The position numbers and the translations under genes are program-made. A DNA stretch of 63,971 bases, the filler included, from Conidiobolus incongruus B7586 (taxonomy: Eukaryota), in the NCBI GenBank assembly GCA_000697335.1. It is 5 parts of 5 records of this genome, joined end to end, with 100 filler letters (N's around TTAATTAATTAA, not from the genome) between each part and the next. Parts side by side here need not be neighbours in the genome. Positions count along the whole stretch, not along the records: positions 48,642 to 59,519 come from JNEM01006239.1; positions 59,620 to 63,971 come from JNEM01006250.1; 3 more parts are not named here. One strand, written 5' to 3'. Positions 53,867 through 63,971 of this stretch are shown here, piece by piece (within the stretch, counting starts at the first letter, position 1; the number at the start of each line of letters is the position of its first letter). Under the pieces are notes generated by a model. It searched no databases. It was not told where the DNA came from and saw nothing but the letters and a program-made list of their open reading frames with translations.

Positions 53867-55579
53867 TTAGAATACTGAAGGATCATCAAATTGAGCGAAC
53901 CAGCTGGTGGCAAGTTTGGGAAGAGGATAATAAATATCACCATTATCACCAGGCTTGCCATTGTCAACGGGCTTGCCATTTTCACCAGGCTTTTCATGAT
54001 TACCAGGCTTGCCATTGACACCAGGTTTACCATTGTGACCAGGTTTTCCGTTATCACCGGGTTTGCCATTTTCACCAGGATTTTCATGATCACCAGGCTT
54101 GCCATTTTCACCAGGTTTACTATTGTGACCAGGCTTGCCATTGTCAACGGGCTTGCCATTTTCACCAGGCTTTTCATGATTACCAGGCTTGCCATTGACA
54201 CCAGGTTTACCATTGTGACCAGGCTTGCCATTGTCAACGGGCTTGCCATTTTCACCAGGCTTTTCATGATTACCAGGCTTGCCATTGACACCAGGTTTAC
54301 CATTGTGACCAGGCTTGCCATTGTCAACGGGCTTGCCATTTTCACCAGGCTTTTCATGATTACCAGGCTTGCCATTGACACCAGGTTTACCATTGTGACC
54401 AGGCTTGCCATTGTCAACGGGCTTGCCATTTTCACCAGGCTTTTCATGATTACCAGGCTTGCCATTGACACCAGGTTTACCATTGTGACCAGGCTTGCCA
54501 TTGTCAACGGGCTTGCCATTTTCACCAGGCTTTTCATGATTACCAGGCTTGCCATTGACACCAGGTTTACCATTGTGACCAGGTTTTCCGTTATCACCGG
54601 GTTTGCCATTTTCACCAGGATTTTCATGATCACCAGGCTTGCCATTTTCACCAGGTTTACTATTGTGACCAGGTTTGCCATTTTCACTAGGCTTTCCGTT
54701 GTCACTGGGTTTGCCATTGTCACCAGGATTTTCATGATCACCAGGCTTGCCATTTTCTCCAGGTTTACCATTGTGACCAGGTTTGCCATTTTCACTAGGC
54801 TTTCCGTTGTCACTGGGTTTACCATTGTCACCAGGATTTTCATGATCACCAGGCTTGCCATTTTCACCAGGTTTGCCATTGTGACCAGGTTTTCCGTTAT
54901 CGCCGGGTTTACCATTGTCACTAGGTTTTTCATTTTTTCCAGGGATAGGGTAAGTTGGATGAGATCCATTGTTTCCATGATGTCCTGGTGCTCCAGTATT
55001 TCCAGAAGTACCATTGGTACCAGTGCTTCCAGTATTGCCAGTATTGCCAGTATTGCCGGTATTACCATTAGTACCATTACTTCCAGTATTTCCATTGTTT
55101 TCGTCAGTACCATTACTTCCATTAGTACCAGTGCTTCCAGTATTGCCAGTATTGCCAGTATTGCCATTAGTACCATTACTTCCATTAGTACCAGTGCTTC
55201 CAGTATTGCCAGTATTGCCATTAGTACCATTACTTCCATTAGTACCAGTGCTTCCAGTATTACCAGTATTGCCATTAGTACCATTACTTCCAGTATTACC
55301 ATTAGTACCATTACTTCCAGTATTACCAGTAGTACCAGCGTTGCCAGCATTTCCTGGTTTATTATCAGGAATAGGGTAACCGGGGTAGTAATAGTCACCA
55401 CCATTTTGATTATTTTTCATTAGTTTAAATTTAGTATATAGTTGTTCGATAAATGGCCAGAGCAATTCCAAAGTCTTTTTATCGATGCCAGCTGGCAAAT
55501 TCTTGTCCATTTCAATGAGAGGAGCTGTTTGGGCGGTACCAAGAGCGAAAGCAGCGAGAATAACAGTTGAGAATTTCAT
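53867..55579 (-). CDS. Secreted Gly-X-Y collagen-like repeat protein B, 570 aa
   Basis: Signal peptide MKFSTVILAAFALGTAQT; 28 consecutive Gly-X-Y triplets (GNA/GNT/GSN/GTN); then a GKP-GxN region with a 90-bp tandem unit (GKPGHNGKPGVNGKPGNHEKPGENGKPVDN); short unique C-tail. Confidence 0.88.
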   Translation of the reverse strand: MKFSTVILAAFALGTAQTAPLIEMDKNLPAGIDKKTLELLWPFIEQLYTKFKLMKNNQNGGDYYYPGYPIPDNKPGNAGNAGTTGNTGSNGTNGNTGSNGTNGNTGNTGSTGTNGSNGTNGNTGNTGSTGTNGSNGTNGNTGNTGNTGSTGTNGSNGTDENNGNTGSNGTNGNTGNTGNTGNTGSTGTNGTSGNTGAPGHHGNNGSHPTYPIPGKNEKPSDNGKPGDNGKPGHNGKPGENGKPGDHENPGDNGKPSDNGKPSENGKPGHNGKPGENGKPGDHENPGDNGKPSDNGKPSENGKPGHNSKPGENGKPGDHENPGENGKPGDNGKPGHNGKPGVNGKPGNHEKPGENGKPVDNGKPGHNGKPGVNGKPGNHEKPGENGKPVDNGKPGHNGKPGVNGKPGNHEKPGENGKPVDNGKPGHNGKPGVNGKPGNHEKPGENGKPVDNGKPGHNGKPGVNGKPGNHEKPGENGKPVDNGKPGHNSKPGENGKPGDHENPGENGKPGDNGKPGHNGKPGVNGKPGNHEKPGENGKPVDNGKPGDNGDIYYPLPKLATSWFAQFDDPSVF

Positions 55580-55754
55580 TGTGATATTTTACAGAGTCAA
55601 TTTGCAGTTCTAAAATGAGTATTTTAGTGAATTTGCTTGGTTTTTTCATTCGATCAAGGTGGAAAGGATTCCATTATTTATACTGAATATCCAAAATATC
55701 TGATTAAATGTATTAAAAGCATATATTAAATATCAAAACTCATTACAAAGTATG

Positions 55755-55794
55755 TTAGGCAAATTTTGAGTGAAGCGGCGAATAAAATTGGCGT
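55755..55794 (-). promoter_or_regulatory. Conserved upstream motif pair of collagen-like gene B
   Basis: TTAGGCAA at 55755 and AATTGGCGT at 55786 on the + strand, mirroring 50413 and 50443. Confidence 0.45.
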
Positions 55795-58700
55795 TTCATG
55801 ATCGCTATAAGTTTTAAAATACATAATTTTATTACCATCTGAACAAATTAATATGAACATTTAATATCTAAGATAATTTGACTATACTTGATTGTATTGT
55901 CACAATTAAAAAAATTTAGAATTAAACTTTATTGCTTAACATATTACCATCAAATTTAACCTCATTTGTAATTTTTTTAATTCTTGTTGAATTGGCATAT
56001 TTGAAGAGGATATAATTGGTAGAGGATTTGAGGGAAATCGGAATTTAATGAATTTTTTAATTTCGGTTTTAATCATTAAAACCCAATTTGAATTAACTGC
56101 TGGGCTTTGAAATTTAATAACGAATTTTAATGTGCATATAATAAAATGAATGAAACTTAGATATATTAAATACATTATTTTTCGATTCCATTATTGATTT
56201 TTAAAATAATTTTACAATAGTAAATATATATCGGTTTCCATAGTAGTGTAAATACCTAATTTAATAGAGATATTTTATTTTATGTGACATTGAAGTAATA
56301 CATTATATTTACATTAACAATTAAGCATAATGCTTTATTTTGAACATTGAATTACAAAAATAGATATTTTTGTTCATGAAAAATTATATATCCATGTAAT
56401 CAACAAATTTCATATTTATCAAATAATAATTATTCATTCACTAAGGATATCCTAATGTTAAGTTAAAAATTTCCGCCTTTGGTAAATATTCTTATATTCA
56501 TACATACTCTAAATTTTTTTTGAATTTATAAAATCAATAATATTTTCAAATGAAATTAGGTATTAATATAGATATAGTAGCTTGGTTTGATTCAAAAAAT
56601 AATTTGACATTAATAGAAATATTACTAATGTAATATATTAAAAAATTAGATATTGTATTTAATTTTTCGTATATTTTATAATTCTCTTATAGAATTTTCG
56701 TTTTTCAAATTTTAACTATCACAAAAATTAACCAGTAAAATAAATATAAATTATTATCAGTAATGTGGCAAAATTATATCAATTTGGAATACATAAGTTG
56801 GAAAAATCCCAATCCAAAAAGACACTATCTTAATGTATGTATATGATTCACTATTTACATATCAGCGCCCAACAGTGTTGATGTTGGAATGATTTTTCCC
56901 ATTTAATTGATATAATAAATTTGATAAATTATAAGGATTACATAGAATGATTAATGTTATCATGTGATGATATTCTTGAGTAATTGTTATTTTTTTCATG
57001 CATTTTACACAGATGCTATTATATTTGTTATATTTGAATTTTAATTATTGATCTAATTTCAAATCAAAATGGTTGTCATATTTCAATTTATCTTGATGTT
57101 TTTTTTGAATTCTTGGTTACTTTATATTTGTGATATAGCTGACATTTACTAATATTGACTTTTATGTAAATATATTGAAATTTATATATTAAATATTTTA
57201 TCAGATACATTGTAAATTAATTTTATAATTATCAAAATTTTAATCAACTTTTTCAAAATAGTTTAGTATATTTAATGTTATTTTAATATTAACAAGAATT
57301 CAGAATGCCGTGTTGATATTTAAACTAAACAAGGAGATTTAGTGAATTCCAGGTAACTATTAGGAAGAGAGGGAGTTTATTGGTTTAAGGCATATAGCTG
57401 GGAGGACTCGGATCAAGCTCTTATGTCCCAGGATAGCTCCTATTCCGGGTTTTATATTAAGTGAATTTTGCAAGAGGAATTATGAAATTTTCCAGTGCGT
57501 TGTATCATTAATCAATCAAACAATTAAGTTGAAGTAGATGATTTTGCTAGGGAGGAATGACCCTTAAATTATGTTGTTGTAAGTATATTTAGTAGGTGAG
57601 GAGTCTCTTGAATTGGAACTATTATTTTGCAAAGTTTTGAAAGGAATTCCTAAAATTGACCAAATGAAAATATTATAAATTTCAATATTATTGAATTACT
57701 AGAGTCAAGTTAAATATTCATTTTTTACTAAAAATCTTTGAATATTGATTGAAAAAATATGATAGAGAATTTAAATAAATATTCTAAGTTCGAAAAATAA
57801 TTTATTTTGTTAATATCCAATAATTTAAAGTACACGAGTCTATTCTTGAGAGTTATTTTTAATATAAGATCTCATGGTAAAAATTTTATATAAAAATATT
57901 ATCATCAATAATTTTTATATCAATTATTATGAAAATTAAGTTTAAAGTTTGTTAATATAATAGCTAGACTAAATTGCATATTTCTAACCAACCTTTCATT
58001 TCATTTTTTCTTTATAGTACTAATCAAAATTATATTTCCAAAAAGTTATTATTATCAAGGAATTATTTGTTTGTTTTATTAAAATTGATACGAAATATTT
58101 TATTAGAATGAGATCTGGAGAATATTTTTAAATTTATGAAAAATATACGTATTTATTATTCAATCTCATTGTAACAATATAACCATTTTTCAATTGAACT
58201 AAATCTTGATAAAAATAATAAAAATATATTCATAATTTGGATTTTTATATAATGAAATTTTTTAACATTAAATTCAAATATATTTCATCATATATTGTTA
58301 AAAAAATTAAATAATTAAAAACAAGGTTTATCTTTATTTCCTTATTAATTTTTTTTGTTTTTTAATAAATATTTTGTTATAAACAATTTCTAATTTTTAA
58401 TTATTAAATTTTGAAATATTATATATATCAACTAATAAAAATAAATTATAAAAATCATTTATATATTCTGAGTTCTTTCTCTAAATGATTGAATCTTCTT
58501 CTTTGTAGATATAAAGGAAGCTAAACTTATTACTATTTATTTTTTAACTAGAACTTAATAAATAACTTAATAATGCTTAAAACTTTATTGGTATAAAAAT
58601 AATTAATATATTTCTAATTGATATATATGTATTGTACTATTATATAAATTAATAAATTAATTAATAATTAATTAAGCTGATAATTATAGTGCTTAATAGA

Positions 58701-59519
58701 ATAATTATTTGAATTAGTTATAAACTCATATACACTAATAATTTAATTTTTCAATTAAAATATTAAAATAAGTTATATATCTTTTAAATTATGTTAAGCT
58801 TTAAACATAACTTTATTCTTTTTATTTCTAACAAAAATATAAGTAATGGTGTTTTCAATTAACTTAAGTGGTTCTTAAGTAGTTTCTTTAATTAGATAGC
58901 TTAATTCCTTAACCAAATAATATAACTTATTATATCTAAGCTTTTAGTTTAAAATTTCATCAATATAATATTCTTTTTCTCTTTTATTATTGATGATTAA
59001 TAATTTAAGATCTTCATAATTTTAATCTAAAAACTAATTTTTAAGATGATAATATGGTTTTAGAAAAGTTATATAGATTATTAAGTTGATATTAAAAGTT
59101 GTTAATAGTTTTAATTAATAGTTATTGATTCTCAAACCTATTTTCTTTATTTTAAATAGATTAACATAATATGGGATATGTTTTTTGTTTATATTTTCTT
59201 TAAATTTTTAGTCGATTATTAGTAGTTTAGATGTATTTAATACGATAAGATTATCAAATTTATATAATAATGAATTTTCATAATATTTCTAATAATACTT
59301 TTCATTATATATTTATTTCTATAAGGTTGAGTTTATTATAATCTTATAAATTATCTTAAATTTTTTTAATTTCTTAAGAGTAGATTTATTCACTAGAATA
59401 TTTAGAATTAAGCTAATTAATAAAATATGATACAAATTTAGTAATTTATTTAAATTAATTATTAAAAGCGATTTGTAAATAAAGTAAATAATAGTTTTAA
59501 TTATTATAATTAATATTAA

Positions 59520-59619
59520 NNNNNNNNNNNNNNNNNNNNNNNNNNNNNNNNNNNNNNNNNNNNTTAATTAATTAANNNNNNNNNNNNNNNNNNNNNNNNN
59601 NNNNNNNNNNNNNNNNNNN
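59520..59619. other. Artificial assembly spacer
   Basis: N44-TTAATTAATTAA-N44. Confidence 0.98.
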
Positions 59620-61634
59620 ACGACGACGATGAGAATATGGACGTTGATGAAAATGACGAAAATGAAATGGAGTTAGAAGATGATCAAAATGATATGAACG
59701 CTGATCAAGATATTGCTGATGAGGATCAAGAAGATGACACTGAGATGGATACCAATGAATCTCATCCAGACCACCAAAATGATGACAATGATCAAGATCA
59801 GGATGATTCCAATCAAGTTGATCAGCTTCAAAACGATCCCGAAACTGTTGGTGAAGAACCTGAAGAAGAGCAAGAGGATGAGGTTGAAGAGGAAAAGGAA
59901 GATGAGGATGAACAAGATATGTTTACTCAAGACAAAGATCCCTCGGTTATGCAAGATGACCAGAAGAACATGCAGGCTGAAACTGAAGAGCAAGCCCCGT
60001 CCGATAACAAGCAAAACAACGACACTCAAGGTGTCAGGGGCGAATCTGGTCAAGTTAATGCTGACAATTCGGGTAATCCTTTCGAGCAATTAGAAACTCA
60101 ATCATCTCGCTCTCAATCTCAACCTCAGCCTAAATCCATGCCCAATGATGATGAAACTGATAGTATGCAACCAGGTGCTTCCGCTCAACCAAACCAAGGT
60201 GAGCCTAACGCTCAAGAGCAAGAGCAAGAGCAAGACAAGCAAACAATGGAAGAAATCAATCTCAATCGTAAGCTAGCCGAAAGTCTTGAAAATTTCAAAA
60301 AGACTCTCGAAGTCAATGATCCTAATACTGATGAACTTGAGCAAAGAGAAGATCAAGCTGAAGCTGAAGCTATGCCTATCGACGACGGTGCCGAGCAAAC
60401 TTATGAGTACATTCAGGATGATAAGGAGTCGAATGAAGTACAAACCGTGGGAGCTGCCAACGAAGATCAATTCAAGAATTCTTTGACACTCCCTCAAGAT
60501 GCCGAGATCGAACCAGAAAAAGAATCAACCCAACCCTCCATGAATGATCAGATCGTTTCCCAAAACGCTCAACTCCCCGATTTGTTAACAAACAATATCA
60601 CTTCCAAGCCCACAGCCACTTCTACGATGATTGACAATCTCGACCAAAACGACAACATTCACGAAATTGCTAGAACTGCTCTAACCGAAGAGGAAGTGCA
60701 ACAGTACCGTCAAAAGATAGAAGAACAAATCTACAAGTTCACGCAAACGCAAGAGCCTTCGGAGCTTAGAGAGATTTGGCGTCATTACGATACCGTCACA
60801 CACGACCTCAGTTTGAATTTGACAGAGCAGTTGCGTCTCATTTTAGAACCTACTTTAGCCACCAAGCTCAAGGGAGACTATCGCACTGGTAAGAGATTGA
60901 ATATGAAGAAGATCATTCCCTACATTGCTTCCGATTTCAAGAAGGACAAGATCTGGCTCAGGCGTACCAAGCCTTCAAAGCGTCAGTATCAAGTGATGAT
61001 TTCCGTGGACGACTCCAAATCCATGAGTGATCCCCACACTATCCAACTTACCTTCGAAGCACTCGCACTCGTGTGTAAATCTCTGACTCAGCTCGAAGTC
61101 GGTCAAGTCGCTGTGACCAAATTCGGTAATGGTGTAGATATCGTCCATCCATTCAGTGCTCCACTCACGTCCGAATCCGGTGCAAATATCATCACGCAAT
61201 TCTCATTCCGTCAAGAACAGACTAATATTGTTTCGCTCTTGAAAGAAACTTTGGTCGCATTCCAACACGCACGCCAGACCCAAACCAACCAGAGTTCGTC
61301 CGACCTCTGGCAACTTCAAATCATTCTGTCTGATGCTGTGTGCGACGACAGGAAGGTTTTGGAGCCCTATCTCCGAATGGCACAAGAAAACAAAGTGATT
61401 GTCTTGTTTATCATCATCGACAATAAGGAGGGTAGCTCTATTACCGATTTGACCTCCATCGAGTTCACAGATTCTTCTGATTCTGGTGATACTTTTGGTC
61501 TCCAAGGTATGAAGATTGTACCCTATCTCCAGACGTTCCCATTCCAGTTCTACACCGTCCTTAGGAATGTGGACCATTTACCTGATGTATTGTCGGACGC
61601 TCTAAGACAGTACTTTTCTTTAGTTTCTGAATAA
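59620..61634 (+). CDS. MDN1: Midasin (Rea1/Mdn1) C-terminal part: D/E-rich linker and MIDAS/VWA domain; 5' part not in this contig
   Basis: LTEQLRLILEPTLATKLKGDYRTGKRLNMKKIIPYIASDFKKDKIWLRRTKPSKRQYQVMISVDDSKSM...YLQTFPFQFY...LPDVLSDALRQYF; frame is open back to the gap. Confidence 0.96.
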
Positions 61635-63971
61635 GTGTTTTTAACTTTTGATAGATTTTTCAACTTTTTAATTATTCTTTTAATAAATAATAATTTTCAG
61701 ATTTAAAATAATTTTTTAACTTCAATTAATGAAAATTTTTTATAGTTTCAATATTCATTTACCTCAGAAAATATATTTGATATAATCTTAACTAATTAAC
61801 TTTTACTTTAAACTATTTTCAAAAGTTAAAAATTAAAAATCCAATATTTAAAATTCTAATAATTTTAAACAATTGGAATCAGATATTTAGTCCAAAAAAA
61901 TCTATCCATTATATATTGATGGAATATTGAATAATTTTAATCATTATAGAATTTTCAAAATTTTATAAATTTTATGATGAGTTCAAATCTATTGAGATTA
62001 TTAATTTATAAAATGAATTAAATAAAAATAGATACTAAAGGGAGTAAATAGAATATTAGGTTAATTAATCATTTAAACTATTGCCTATGAAGATTACAAA
62101 TTTATCTATAACATCATTAAATTAAAAAATTTAGCTTTAACCAATTATTCAAAATACTATTCATTTAGAAATTTGATCAATAAAATTTGATTAAATATCA
62201 AGGAAGAAAATGGAGATTCATTAGAAAATATTTTAAAATAAAATTTATTTTACTCTCAATAACAATTGATATATACACATTTTGCAAAAATGTTTAAAAA
62301 TTTCAATTTTGAATATAATAATCACTTGAGCCCAAAATGAGACAATTTCAGTAAATTTTGTCACAAGTAATTAATAATCCAATTTAAATTAAAAAATGAT
62401 GTTTTTCTTTAAATGTGTAACAAATATTGGAGTAAAAATTGAAATTGAAGCCAAACAATGCATGGCAATCGTACTGTTTACATACCATTGAGCTCATATT
62501 GATTATATGTAGTCACAAGGAGATTGGTTTGAATCACTATGGAAGCATTCTCTATATTTTCTTACATGTCCTTGCAACTATCATTCACAGATCATTTTCA
62601 ATCTATGTCGCATTTGTTTCAATTTTAATCATAATACTGAATAAACCATAAAATATTATATATTTAAAAGACTTGAAGCTGTACCTTGAATACTAACCTA
62701 ATATCCTAACCTATTACAGACACAATTTAAAATCATTAAATGATCAATATTATTTAACCTATTTTGTCACAACAGAAGAATAATTAGGTGGTCGAATTAA
62801 GTTAAATTGATATTTATATATGCGATATGATATTTGATTTGTTCAATATTTATTAACATTTATATAAAAACACAATCCTTACAATTGATTATTTAATAAT
62901 TTGACATTTTATCTTGTGATAGTAATTGTATTAAGAGTAAAACAACAATTATTGAATAATATAGCAATTAATATAAAATTATTTCATTTTTTCCAAAATA
63001 ATTTTTGATTTAAAATAAAAATATTTTTATGTTTTAAAATTTTAAGTGGACAATAGTATTGAATTCTTTATATTATATATATATATATATATATATTATG
63101 CCTAACTTTTACCCACTATGTATCAAATATAATAGATTAATCAAATTACATGATGTTTTTAACTTTTATTTAAATAGTCATATTATGAGATTTAATCCCA
63201 AAAAATTATTGATTTTTAAAAATATTAAGATTTTAAATATAGTCTATAATGGTTAATTATAATATATTTTATCAAATGAGTAATATTATTTAAGATATTT
63301 CCATTTATTAATTGATTTTTAAAGTGTATTTAATGAGACATATATTCTTTGATATTAATTTATCAGTTGTAATTTTATTCATTTATTTAATAAACTTTTT
63401 GAAATAAAAACAATAAAAATTTTTTACTAGTATTTAGTATGGGGTATATAAATATTTAATATTTAAAATAAGTTTAAGCTTTATCAACTTTTTATTATTA
63501 TTAAGAAACTAGTTCTTTAAATTCTTGTATATACTTTTATATAACTTAATTAACTATAAATTATATGATTGATTTATACTTTTATAGCTAAATTAACTAT
63601 ATAAATAATATTAAATTATTTAATAAACTAGGTTCTTTTTTTTCTTCTCAACTCTTATTATTTCTTATTATTTCTATTAATTCTTAAGGTTAAGACTATA
63701 TTTTATTAATATTATAATACATTAGCACTATTTAATATAAATCTTGATATATAAGTGACTTATCTTTATTTGAAGCTTAATTAAACTTTGTTTATATTTC
63801 CATATTATATTATTATATTATTATATTCTATACCATATTATTTTATATTAAGTTTTTTTTAATATTATATTAATTTAACTATTATTATATTTATAATTAT
63901 ATCATCATTTAATATAAAACTTTAATTTATATATTATAAAATAATAAAAATAATATAAATATCTTATTTAT

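Noticed and set aside
53764..55423. Long overlapping and antisense ORFs (546 aa, 510 aa; also 490 aa at 48586..50058)
   Set aside because: Shadows of low-complexity Gly-X-Y codon repeats; only the frame with a signal peptide is plausible.
1..55579. Treating the Cys-repeat protein, SODs and collagen-like genes as one linked virulence island
   Set aside because: They are separated by housekeeping genes and by artificial spacers of unknown true length, so physical linkage is unproven.
62439..63256. Small ORFs near the window end (also 3437..3628, 24122..24319, 42603..42821, 51271..51513, 53038..53277, 55936..56175)
   Set aside because: Short, AT-rich, I/L/F/Y/N/K-biased translations typical of random intergenic frames.

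Overview
AT-rich eukaryotic (fungal-type) genomic DNA with short (~50-70 nt) GT-AG introns. Gene content and composition suggest an early-diverging fungus, possibly Entomophthoromycotina/Conidiobolus-like; this is inference only. Four artificial 100-nt spacers (N44-TTAATTAATTAA-N44) split the window into five contigs, so adjacency across them is not proven. Housekeeping genes: a PX-PH-RhoGAP (Bem3-like), an arrestin-domain protein, two eIF5A genes, a DHX33/Dhr2-like DEAH helicase, RPS10, the C-terminus of midasin and tRNA-Ser(AGA). Accessory content: a secreted Cys/Pro-rich protein built from 228-bp repeats of C-x12-C loops (three frameshifts in the assembly), two inverted Cu-only-type secreted SODs, a three-member cluster of secreted Gly-X-Y collagen-like genes (one pseudogene), an intron-split HExxH protein with a mitochondrial-like presequence, an Ayr1-like SDR lacking its catalytic YxxxK, and a decayed DIB1 copy. 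Less obvious signals: candidate 3'-UTR introns at nearly the same distance behind both eIF5A genes and one behind RPS10, a ~370-bp non-coding direct repeat beside the SOD pair, and an LTR-like end 10 nt upstream of the tRNA.
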